Of a stretch of 32,000 nt of DNA, positions 1 to 8,386 are shown one piece after another. Position 1 is the first letter of the stretch. Each line of letters starts with the position of its first letter. The stretch covers positions 349,330-381,329 of the forward strand of contig JAFKKF010000007.1 in NCBI GenBank assembly GCA_017305635.1. Direction: 5' to 3'. Both the position numbers and the translations under genes were made by a program. The stretch is from Hyphomicrobiales bacterium (lineage in GTDB: Bacteria; Pseudomonadota; Alphaproteobacteria; Rhizobiales; Kaistiaceae). A model generated the notes under the pieces. The model did no database searches. It was not told the DNA's origin and was given only the letters and a program-made list of their open reading frames with translations.

Positions 1-1122
1 GCGCAGCAAGGCGCGCGCCGCGAAAATCAGATCGTCGAAATCGAGCTGCGCGCTGGCGCGCTTGTGGTCGCGATAGCGTTGCAGGATGGGATGCGCCTCG
101 TCGATCAGCGCAGCGAGGGCATGGCCGGCGGCGGCCTGCACGAGCGCGGTCCAGGCATCGCAGCAGGCGGCGTAGTGGGTCTCGGCCGCGTCGTTCAGCC
201 GATCGCCGTCGGCCTTGGAAAGACCTGCCTGCTTGGCGGCGGCCGCCCATTTCCCTTTCTTGCGGTAGGAAGCGAAGGCGCCGGCCTTGGTGCAGAGATC
301 CGGGTGAGGACGCGAGGTCAGGAGCTGGACGAGGCCCGCGGGCGTCCCCGGGTCTGGAGCGTTCGCCAGGGCGGCGACCATTTCGGTCAGCCGTTCGACG
401 ATCGTCGCGGTCTCCGGCTCGGCCGCCGCCGTACCGCCCATGAAGCCCGTGAAATCCGCCGCCGCCTGCCGAAACGCCGCGAGGTGGCCGTCAAGTGCCG
501 AGACAGGGGGCGCAGCGAGCGTGGGGCGGCGGCGCAGGTTCTCGGCGATCTTGTGGATCAGCGCCACCGTCTCGCCGGGGCTATGCAGCACCATCTCGGC
601 CAGGATACCGCCTTGACCGCCGGACAGCCGCTCGCGCAACCAGCCATCGACAATCTCAAGGAAGGTCAGATCGGCCTGGTTGCGATCCATCACCCCGGCG
701 CCGGGGTCGATGTCGGCCTCCGCCGGATAGGGCTTGATCAGCCGCTGGCAAAATCCGTGGATGGTCGAGCAGGTGATTTCGTCGATCGCGGCACTTGCGG
801 CGGCGAGATTGCGGCGATGGACCTCCGACAGGCCATCGGGCAGCGCCACGCGCAGCTCGGTCGCGATCACGCCGGCCGAGAGGTCGGCGACGAACTCGCG
901 GACACGCGACAGCAATTCGCTCGCGGCGAGTTCGGTGAAGGTGACGGCGGCGATGGCGCGCGGGGACACGCCTTTGGCGAGCATGGCGGCGATGCGCCCA
1001 GCCATGACGGCGGTCTTGCCCGAACCCGCGCCCGCCTCGACCAGGATGGAGCGATCATGAAGGCTGATCGCATGGCGGCGCGCGCCGTCGTCCTTCAGCA
1101 CCTTGGACACGTTGCTCATCAT
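1..1122 (-). CDS. UvrD/REP-type SF1 helicase (AddA-like), first 374 codons only; the 3' part runs off the left edge
   Basis: Absent from the ORF track because it is open to the window edge. My reverse-strand translation from ATG 1122..1120 reads MMSNVSKVLKDDGARRHAISLHDRSILVEAGAGSGKTAVMAGRIAAMLAKGVSPRAIAAVTFTELAASEL...CSTIHGFCQRLI...QLDFDDLIFAARALLR with no stop down to nt 1. The GAGSGKT Walker A, TFTxxAA and TIHxFC motifs are UvrD/AddA hallmarks. The start overlaps the upstream stop (ATGA, 1119-1122). Confidence 0.85.
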   Translation of the reverse strand, partial: MMSNVSKVLKDDGARRHAISLHDRSILVEAGAGSGKTAVMAGRIAAMLAKGVSPRAIAAVTFTELAASELLSRVREFVADLSAGVIATELRVALPDGLSEVHRRNLAAASAAIDEITCSTIHGFCQRLIKPYPAEADIDPGAGVMDRNQADLTFLEIVDGWLRERLSGGQGGILAEMVLHSPGETVALIHKIAENLRRRPTLAAPPVSALDGHLAAFRQAAADFTGFMGGTAAAEPETATIVERLTEMVAALANAPDPGTPAGLVQLLTSRPHPDLCTKAGAFASYRKKGKWAAAAKQAGLSKADGDRLNDAAETHYAACCDAWTALVQAAAGHALAALIDEAHPILQRYRDHKRASAQLDFDDLIFAARALLR

Positions 1123-3776
1123 TCCGCCTCCCAGACCTGAGTGACTTCGCCGAGCCGCTCCGTGGCGGCCGGCATCTTGCGTTTGCAGTAGGTGGCGTTG
1201 GCGTTGGCCGGCAGGGCAAAGGCGAGGTCGTCGTAGTCGCCGCCGGTATCCGGCCCAGGCAGGGCCGCGCCGCCGGCGAGACTCGCCCGTGCCGCGCGCA
1301 GATAGCCGGTGATCTCCACGAGCACCGCCTCGGGGTCGTCGAGCTGGAGATCGACGGGATCGCGTGGGTAGAGCAGCGAGGCGCTGATCGCGACGTCATC
1401 GCCGAGCAGCGCCTTGACCGCGAACGCATAGAGGCAGCGCTGAAGCTCGCGTCCGCCGTTCAATCGGATGTCGCCGCGCGGCGGGCGGCCGGTCTTATAG
1501 TCGCGCACGAGGGCGCGTTTGCCGTCGCCCGCAATGTCGAGCCGGTCGATATAGCCGGCGATGTTGAAGCCCGTGTCGGGGATCGTGACTGGCGTGCTCG
1601 AATCCCAAGGCGTCTGAGCGTCGGATTTCGGCTGCGAACCGCCGAAAGGAACCTCGCCGTAGGAACGCGCGCCTGGCAGAAGGTCATCGCCATAGGACAG
1701 GGCGCGGCTCGCCAGCATGCGGGCGTCGTCGAGGGTGCGCCCCCAGATGACCGCCGGCGGAACCGGGCGCTCGCTTTCCCAGTCGGCGGCGACGGCTTGC
1801 GCGGCCCGCGCCACGGCGGCTTCGATGGTCTGTGCGTCGGCGGCCGCAAGGCCGCCCCCGGCTTCGAGGTCGCGCAGGGCGTGGTCGAGAACCAGGTGGA
1901 CAAGATCGCCGATCCCGAGCGCGTCGAGCACGAGCGGTTCGGCGCTGCTCTGGGGTTCGCGCCATCCGAACGCATAGATCCACACGAAGCTCAGCGGATT
2001 GCGCAGCAGTCGGCGCAGCGAGCTGGCCGATTGGGTCCGGCCGAGGATGGCGAGGACGAGCGGATGATCCGCGCGCACGAGTCCATCGTGGGGGGTGATC
2101 TCGATCTGTCGCCAGTCGCGCCAGCAGCCTTGCGCGCTGACGGCTTGCGGATCGGCGGCGAATTCCTCGGGCCGCGCCATCAGGCGATCGGTCTCGCTGA
2201 AGGCGTGCGCCGGCGTCGCGTTGCGGCGCAGATAGGTCTCGTCGCCATGTCCGGCGAGCAGAGGGCTGCGCCCCAGGAGACGGCCGTCGCTGTCGCGCCG
2301 TGCGCGCGACAGGACGACGGTGTCGCCCGTCGTGGCGAGGATCGTCTCGAAATCGCGCCGGTCGGCGAGATTGACCGGCAGCGGATCGAGCACCGGGGTC
2401 GGGATGATATGGTCGGGGATCAGCCGGTCTTCGGCGATCCCGCGCGGCCAGCGGGACGAATTGAGGCCAAGCAGCCGCACGAAGCGGCGAGGCGACGCCG
2501 CAAGCGCACTGGCCGGCATCCAGGCGATGCAGACGCAGGCTTCCAGTCCGTCGTCCTGCTTCAGGGTCTCGAGCGTCGCATCGACCGAGGCGGCGGGGCC
2601 GGCGAGCAGCGCCTTGCGCCAGATCGCGAGGGCTCGGCCCTTGAGAAAGGCTTCTCCGATCTCACCGGCGGCCTCCGGCCCTTTCGCCAACGTCTCGACC
2701 GCCGCGCGCAAAGCCGGGGCATGGTCGGCGCCATCGGGCCAGTCGTCCGCCGTCAACCGGGCGAGCAGGCGGTTCCAGGCGCCCGGCGTCGAGAGCGGCG
2801 CATCGGTGGGCAGGACTCGCAGCCAGCCTTCGGGCAGCGACCCAAAAGGTCCGCTGTCCCGGCAGAGCGCGGCAAGCCGACGCAACCGCGAGTGCGACAG
2901 GCCGCGGACCACGATGTCGGCCAGCGCCGCGGCGGCCTGACCGTCGCGGGTGGTGACGGTCCGGACGCCGTGGACGAAATGCAGGTCGATGTTGGCGTCG
3001 GCGCGCAGAGCCAGGAAGTGATCGTCATAGTCGGCGGGCGAGGCGGTCGCGATGGCGATCTCCGAGGGGACGACGCCCGAGGCGAGCAAGCCGCGCGCCC
3101 AGCGCATCGCCTCGATGGCCTCGTGATAGGCCGTCGCCGCGCTGACGGCGTTGATTTTCGGCGCTTGCGCCGGCGCGCGAGCGATCGCGACGCCCGTTAC
3201 GTCCAGCCACACGGGAACGCTCCTCGGGCCGGCCGTCCACTGCACGGGGATATGGGCGGTGAGCGCCTGAAGCAGCGGCCGCCAGCACGGCGAGAGTTCG
3301 GTGAGCCCGACGATCTCCATCGGACCAAGCACCGCCGGCGCATGGGCGAGGCGCTCGGTCGCGGCGGCGGCGATGTCGAGAGGCCGCAGCATGCCGGTCG
3401 GAAGCTGGTCGAGGACGGCCGCCTCCAGGCGTGCGATGGCGGCGAGGCGCGGATGGTCATCGGTCGCGCATGCGGCAAGGTCGATGCCCGCGCGCCAGGC
3501 TTTGTGCAGCGTGTCGGCCGCCGCATCGATCATGCCGGGCAGGGTCTTGATGCTTTCCAGTTCGCCCATCGGCGTGACGGACAGGGCCGCCTGGATGGCC
3601 GCGTGCAGGCTCTCGTCATCGATCGGGCGGACGAAACCGCCGGCCAGCCGGACGGCGGCCTGCTCGAAGGACATGATCTGGAGGCCGTGCCGACCGGTAC
3701 GCCCCGCCGTGAGGCGGTTCTCCCGCATAGCGAGGCGGCCGTGAACGACCAAGGTAGATCGATGCGCGATGGTCAT
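1119..3776 (-). CDS. PD-(D/E)xK nuclease family protein, AddB-like partner of the UvrD helicase
   Basis: 885-aa ORF. The C-terminus carries a RecB-type nuclease signature, GYIDRLDIAGDGKRALVRDYKTGRPP...ELQRCLYAFAV (D...D-Y-K...Q..Y). I found no Walker A in the N-terminal part, as in inactivated-helicase AddB/RexB proteins. Stop codon overlaps the helicase ATG by 4 nt. Confidence 0.8.
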   Translation of the reverse strand: MTIAHRSTLVVHGRLAMRENRLTAGRTGRHGLQIMSFEQAAVRLAGGFVRPIDDESLHAAIQAALSVTPMGELESIKTLPGMIDAAADTLHKAWRAGIDLAACATDDHPRLAAIARLEAAVLDQLPTGMLRPLDIAAAATERLAHAPAVLGPMEIVGLTELSPCWRPLLQALTAHIPVQWTAGPRSVPVWLDVTGVAIARAPAQAPKINAVSAATAYHEAIEAMRWARGLLASGVVPSEIAIATASPADYDDHFLALRADANIDLHFVHGVRTVTTRDGQAAAALADIVVRGLSHSRLRRLAALCRDSGPFGSLPEGWLRVLPTDAPLSTPGAWNRLLARLTADDWPDGADHAPALRAAVETLAKGPEAAGEIGEAFLKGRALAIWRKALLAGPAASVDATLETLKQDDGLEACVCIAWMPASALAASPRRFVRLLGLNSSRWPRGIAEDRLIPDHIIPTPVLDPLPVNLADRRDFETILATTGDTVVLSRARRDSDGRLLGRSPLLAGHGDETYLRRNATPAHAFSETDRLMARPEEFAADPQAVSAQGCWRDWRQIEITPHDGLVRADHPLVLAILGRTQSASSLRRLLRNPLSFVWIYAFGWREPQSSAEPLVLDALGIGDLVHLVLDHALRDLEAGGGLAAADAQTIEAAVARAAQAVAADWESERPVPPAVIWGRTLDDARMLASRALSYGDDLLPGARSYGEVPFGGSQPKSDAQTPWDSSTPVTIPDTGFNIAGYIDRLDIAGDGKRALVRDYKTGRPPRGDIRLNGGRELQRCLYAFAVKALLGDDVAISASLLYPRDPVDLQLDDPEAVLVEITGYLRAARASLAGGAALPGPDTGGDYDDLAFALPANANATYCKRKMPAATERLGEVTQVWEAE

Positions 3777-3885
3777 GATCGTCCTCCTTCCGGGTTTCGC
3801 TCGACGCTGTGCGCCGGCCTAGCGGTCCGATCCTCCAAGCCGAGTCGCCCCACGCTTTGCTCCGCTGGCTGTGACCGATAGACCA

Positions 3886-3915
3886 TTGACGAAACCCCCT
3901 AATGGGAATAATAAT
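3886..3915 (+). promoter_or_regulatory. Candidate sigma70-type promoter for the WYL regulator and defence operon
   Basis: TTGACG at 3886-3891, an 18-nt spacer, AATAAT at 3910-3915. It lies in the conspicuously AT-rich 200-bp divergent intergenic region, about 60 nt upstream of the ATG at 3977. An imperfect palindrome GGACCTCAGCAGGTTGTCC (3921-3939) follows and could be an operator. Sequence pattern only. Confidence 0.3.
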
Positions 3916-3976
3916 TACACGGACCTCAGCAGGTTGTCCATATAGTTTTTATCCTCATGTTGGCGAGGCAAGGCAA

Positions 3977-4861
3977 ATGGCGGAAGCCACGACGGCGTTG
4001 AAATGGGGGGTGGGGCGCCGACTCGAATTCATCGAGTTTCGGCTGTTCTGGGAGGGGTCGATCAACCGGGCCGACCTTGTCGAGGCGTTCGGCGTGTCAG
4101 TTCCGCAGGCTTCCAAGGATTTGACGCTCTATCAGGAGCGGGCGCCCGGCAACATGGAGTACGACACCCGCGCCAAGCGCTACGTCGCCGCCGAAAAATT
4201 CGTACTGCGCTTCCTTGAACCGGACCCCTACATCTATCTGTCGCAGCTCCGCTCGGTCGCCGAGGGGGCTCTGCCTGCGAGCGACTCGTGGATCGCGGCG
4301 CTCCCCAGCGCCGATGTGGCGCTAACTCCCAGGCGGGACATCGACATCAAGGTTCTGCGGAAGATTCTCGACGCGAGCCGGGAGGGCGTTTCCATCGACG
4401 TCTTCTACCAGTCGATGAACAAGTTGCGGCCCGAGCCCACCTGGCGACGGATCACCCCGCACGCCTTCGGCTACGATGGTTTCCGCTGGCACGCGCGGGC
4501 CTATTGCCACCTCGAACACAAGTTCAAGGATTTCCTGCTGCCGCGAGTCCTCGACGTTGGCGCGAAGGGGGAGCCTGGCGAGGCGGGCGACCGGGACTGG
4601 CTCTGGAATAACTATTTCGACGTCATCATCGGCCCGCATCCGGGGCTTACGGCGAGCCAGAAGATGGTCGTCGCCAAGGATTATGGGCTGGACCAGGGAA
4701 ACGGCGTGCTCTCGGTTCGCTACGCCATGCTTTTTTACGTTTTGAAGCGCCTGGGTTTGCTTGGTGACGCCGCGAAACAGAGCGCCCATACACAGCATAT
4801 CGTAACAATAAACCGCAAGGAAACTGAAGCCGCGCTTGAGAAGGCGGAGCTTCAGCTATGA
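3977..4861 (+). CDS. wHTH-WYL domain transcriptional regulator, BrxR/CapW-like
   Basis: The ORF track frame starts at 3902; I prefer the internal ATG at 3977 (MAEATTALKWG...). N-terminal winged HTH (INRADLVEAFGVSVPQASKDLTLYQE). Central WYL-type domain (VSIDVFYQSMNKLRPEPTWRRITPHAFGYDGFRWHARAYCHLEHKFKDFLLPRVLDV). A C-terminal extension as in BrxR-family regulators that sit upstream of defence operons. Confidence 0.85.
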   Translation: MAEATTALKWGVGRRLEFIEFRLFWEGSINRADLVEAFGVSVPQASKDLTLYQERAPGNMEYDTRAKRYVAAEKFVLRFLEPDPYIYLSQLRSVAEGALPASDSWIAALPSADVALTPRRDIDIKVLRKILDASREGVSIDVFYQSMNKLRPEPTWRRITPHAFGYDGFRWHARAYCHLEHKFKDFLLPRVLDVGAKGEPGEAGDRDWLWNNYFDVIIGPHPGLTASQKMVVAKDYGLDQGNGVLSVRYAMLFYVLKRLGLLGDAAKQSAHTQHIVTINRKETEAALEKAELQL

Positions 4862-4882
4862 AGAACTGGGGGGAGCCGAGCA

Positions 4883-7800
4883 ATGCCGGCAAGGCTTGAG
4901 GAGATAAAGAACGGCGCCTCAGTGCGAGGCGTCGCTTCGGCGCAGCCCGTGCATGTGCTTTCGGTCGATTGGATCGGCGATCAGGCGATCAACGTCGTTT
5001 TCCGCGACCGCAACGGCACGGTGGCCGAGGCTGTTCTTTATCGCGACGATGAGCACCGTCTCGAGGTCGAGCAGAACGGCCGACCGTGGTCGTTCGATGT
5101 CGACGGCGCGTTGCTGCGCCTGGTGACGGAAGCCAACCGCATTAAGCTGGCGCACTATTTCGACCCGTATCTGGCGATTCACACGAGCCTGGTCGATCCG
5201 CTGCCGCACCAGATCTCGGCGGTCTATGGCGAGATGCTGCCGCGCCAACCGCTTCGCTTCCTCCTCGCCGACGATCCCGGCGCGGGCAAGACGATCATGG
5301 CCGGGTTGCTGATGAAGGAACTGATCGCCCGCAGCGATCTGGAACGCTGTCTTGTCGTTGCGCCGGGCAGCCTGGTCGAGCAATGGCAGGACGAACTCGG
5401 CCAGAAGTTCAATCTCGAGTTCGACATCCTTTCCCGCGACATGATCGAGAACTCGCGGTCGGGCAATCCGTTCAGCGATAGGGATCGGCTGATCGTCCGT
5501 CTCGACGTGTTGGCGCGCAACGAGGAGCTTCAGGAGAAGCTCATGAGCGCGCGCGAATGGGACCTGATTATCTGCGACGAAGCCCACCGCATGTCCGCCA
5601 CCTATTTCGGCGGTGAGGTCAAATATACGCGGCGCTATCAGGTCGGCCAGAAGCTCGGTCAGGTTTGCCGCCACCTACTGCTGATGTCGGCGACGCCGCA
5701 CAACGGCAAGGAAGAGGATTTCCAGCTCTTCATGGCGCTCCTCGACGGCGATCGGTTCGAGGGCCGGTTCCGCGACGGTGTCCACTATGCCGACACGGAA
5801 GACATGATGCGGCGGCTGACCAAGGAAGAGCTGCTCAAGTTCGATGGCCGGCCGCTGTTCCCCGAGCGGCGCGCGCGCACGGTCAAGTATCAGCTCTCGG
5901 AAGGGGAGGCAGCGCTCTACACCGCCGTCACCGAATATGTGCGCAGCGAGATGAACCGCGTGCAGCGCTTCGCCGAGGGCGACGGGAAGAAGCGCAACAA
6001 CGTCGGGTTTGCCTTGCAGATACTTCAGCGGCGTCTCGCCTCGTCGCCGGCCGCCATCTATCAGTCCCTCAAGCGCCGCCGGGAACGGTTGGAAAACGAG
6101 CTGGGCGAAGCGCGCCTGGCCGCCAAGGGCCGCCGGGCCGGCGCAACCGAGCCCGCGATCAACGCTGACATGCTGCGGAACATCGAGGAGTATGGCCAGG
6201 AGGAGATCGACGAGCTTGAGGATCTGATCTCGACGGGCGCGACGACGGCCGAGACGGTCGAGCAACTCGCTCTGGAAGTCGAAACCCTGAAGGGGTTGGA
6301 GACGATGGCGCTCGGCGTGCTGCGCTCAGGCGTGGACACGAAATGGAGCCAGCTCAATCGTATTCTCGACGATGATCTGATGGTCGACGCGGCCGGCAAT
6401 CGTCGCAAGCTGATCATCTTCACCGAGCCCAAGGACACGCTGCACTACCTGCTCGACAAGGTGCGGGCGCGGCTCGGCAACCCCGAGGCCGTCGAGGTGA
6501 TCCACGGCGGCGTGTCGCGCGAAGAGCGGCGCAAGGTCGTCGAGCGCTTCATGCAGGACAAGGACATGCTGGTCCTGATCGCCAACGACGCGGCGGGCGA
6601 AGGCGTGAACCTCCAGCGCGGCCATCTCATGGTCAATTACGACCTGCCGTGGAATCCGAACAAGATCGAGCAGCGGTTCGGCCGTATCCACCGCATCGGC
6701 CAGACCGAGGTTTGCCACCTGTGGAATCTCGTCGCGGCCGATACTCGCGAGGGCGAGGTTTACGCGCGGCTGCTGGAGAAACTGGAAGCGGCGCGCGAGG
6801 CGCTGGGCGGCCGGGTCTATGACGTGCTCGGCGAATTGTTCGACGGCGTGGCGCTGAAGGATTTGCTGTTCGAGGCGATCCAGTATGGCGAGCAGGAGGA
6901 CGTGAAAGCGCGTCTTTTCCAGCAGGTCGATGGTGCGGTGGATCAGGCGCACCTGCTCGAACTGCTGCGCCGCCGCGCCCTGACCAACGACACCATGCCG
7001 GAAGCGAGGGTCGAGGAATTGCGGCTGGAGATGGAGCGGGCCGAGGCGCTGCGCCTACAGCCGCACCACATCCAGAGCTTCTTCGTCGAGGCGTTCCAGC
7101 ATCTGGGCGGGCGCATCAAGCGCCGGGAGGAAGGGCGTTGGGAGGTCACGCATGTCCCGGTGCGCATCCGCGAGCGGGATCGCCAGATCGGAACCGGCGC
7201 GCCGCTCCAGACGCAGTATGAGCGCATCTGCTTCGAGAAGGACAAGATCAACCAGCAGCCCGTCGCCGCCTTCGTTTGTCCCGGCCACCCGCTGCTCGAG
7301 GCCGTGATCAGCCTGATCCGCGAACAGTATGAGCAGATTATGCGGCAGGGCGCGATCCTGGTCGACGACACCGACGCGGGCAATGCGCTGTCGGCGATTT
7401 TCCTGCTGGAACATACGGTCCAGGACGGTCGCGTCACCAGCGCCGGCAAGCCGCATGTGATCTCGCAGCGCCTCCAGTTCGCTGCGATCGACAAGGCCGG
7501 AAACACCGTCAACGCGGGCATCGCGCCGCATTTGAATCTGCGGCCGGCAACGCCGGAGGAAATCGGCAGCGTGCGAGAGCTTCTGGACGAGAGTTGGCTG
7601 ACCACCGACTTGGAGAAGGTCGCGATCCGGTTTGCGACGGTCGAACTGGCGCAAGGCCACGTCACAGAGGTCAAGGCGCGGCGGCTGCCCGAGATCGAAA
7701 AGGTCGAGCAGGAAGTTCGCGCTCGCCTCAAGAAGGAGATCAATTACTGGGACTCGCGCGCCTTCGAGCTGAAGGAGGAGGAGCGCGCCGGCAAGAAAAC

Positions 7801-8386
7801 GCGGGTGAACTGGCAGAACGCGCAGCGCCGTGCCGAAGACTTGGCGGATCGGCAGAAGCGGCGCATGGACCAGCTTGAGCGGGAGCGTTTCATCTCGTCG
7901 CAGCCCCCGCGTGTGCGGGGCGGCATGGTCGTCATTCCGCGTGGACTGTTGCAAGAGCGCCAGGCGCCGAGCATTCCGAACCATTTTGCAGAAGACCCGG
8001 CCGCGCGCCGGGAGATCGAGCTCGCGGCGATGGCGGCTGTGATGGCGGCCGAACGCGCGCTGGGCAACGAGCCCGCCGACGTCTCCGCCCAGAAGATCGG
8101 CTACGACATCGCGTCCCACGATCCGCGGTCGGGGCATCTGCGCTTCATCGAGGTCAAGGGCCGCATCGATGGCGCGGACAGCGTGATGGTCACGCGCCAG
8201 GAGGTCATCACCTCCCTGCATGAACCGGAGAAGTTTATTCTCGCCATCGTGCCGGTCGCCGCGGGTTTCGCTCATGCGCCGCGCTATGTGCGCGGCCCGC
8301 TCGTGGAACGGGAACCGTCGTTTCTCGAGACCGCGATCCAGTTCCATTTGCCACGCCTACTCGAGCGTGCGGAGGAACCGCGATGA
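4883..8386 (+). CDS. SNF2-family (SF2) helicase/translocase with a C-terminal DUF3883 PD-(D/E)xK-like domain
   Basis: 1167 aa. Motif I LADDPGAGKT, motif II DEAH (ICDEAHRM), motif III MSATPHNG, motif VI QRFGRIHRIGQ. C-terminal about 130 aa: AERALGNEPADVSAQKIGYDIASHD...LRFIEVKGR, giving a D (8105-8107) ... E-V-K (8150-8158) nuclease-fold signature typical of DUF3883. G-rich SD GGGGGGAG at 4869-4876. Confidence 0.9.
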   Translation: MPARLEEIKNGASVRGVASAQPVHVLSVDWIGDQAINVVFRDRNGTVAEAVLYRDDEHRLEVEQNGRPWSFDVDGALLRLVTEANRIKLAHYFDPYLAIHTSLVDPLPHQISAVYGEMLPRQPLRFLLADDPGAGKTIMAGLLMKELIARSDLERCLVVAPGSLVEQWQDELGQKFNLEFDILSRDMIENSRSGNPFSDRDRLIVRLDVLARNEELQEKLMSAREWDLIICDEAHRMSATYFGGEVKYTRRYQVGQKLGQVCRHLLLMSATPHNGKEEDFQLFMALLDGDRFEGRFRDGVHYADTEDMMRRLTKEELLKFDGRPLFPERRARTVKYQLSEGEAALYTAVTEYVRSEMNRVQRFAEGDGKKRNNVGFALQILQRRLASSPAAIYQSLKRRRERLENELGEARLAAKGRRAGATEPAINADMLRNIEEYGQEEIDELEDLISTGATTAETVEQLALEVETLKGLETMALGVLRSGVDTKWSQLNRILDDDLMVDAAGNRRKLIIFTEPKDTLHYLLDKVRARLGNPEAVEVIHGGVSREERRKVVERFMQDKDMLVLIANDAAGEGVNLQRGHLMVNYDLPWNPNKIEQRFGRIHRIGQTEVCHLWNLVAADTREGEVYARLLEKLEAAREALGGRVYDVLGELFDGVALKDLLFEAIQYGEQEDVKARLFQQVDGAVDQAHLLELLRRRALTNDTMPEARVEELRLEMERAEALRLQPHHIQSFFVEAFQHLGGRIKRREEGRWEVTHVPVRIRERDRQIGTGAPLQTQYERICFEKDKINQQPVAAFVCPGHPLLEAVISLIREQYEQIMRQGAILVDDTDAGNALSAIFLLEHTVQDGRVTSAGKPHVISQRLQFAAIDKAGNTVNAGIAPHLNLRPATPEEIGSVRELLDESWLTTDLEKVAIRFATVELAQGHVTEVKARRLPEIEKVEQEVRARLKKEINYWDSRAFELKEEERAGKKTRVNWQNAQRRAEDLADRQKRRMDQLERERFISSQPPRVRGGMVVIPRGLLQERQAPSIPNHFAEDPAARREIELAAMAAVMAAERALGNEPADVSAQKIGYDIASHDPRSGHLRFIEVKGRIDGADSVMVTRQEVITSLHEPEKFILAIVPVAAGFAHAPRYVRGPLVEREPSFLETAIQFHLPRLLERAEEPR

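Noticed and set aside
64-1140. 358-aa plus-strand ORF covering the left end
   Set aside because: It is antisense to a reverse-strand frame that encodes clear UvrD helicase motifs (GAGSGKT, TFTELAA, TIHGFC). Its own translation is Arg/Gly/Ala-rich and motif-free, a typical high-GC shadow ORF.
1797-3881. 694-aa plus-strand ORF, plus several 60-200-aa ORFs in 1055-3744 on both strands
   Set aside because: They overlap the 885-aa PD-(D/E)xK nuclease gene, which has a recognisable nuclease motif and translational coupling to the helicase. Their translations are low-complexity and R/G/A/P-rich.
4919-8347. Minus-strand ORFs of 251, 196, 208, 266 and 430 aa inside the SNF2 helicase gene
   Set aside because: They are antisense to a gene with the complete set of SNF2 motifs. 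None shows any recognisable motif or plausible start context.
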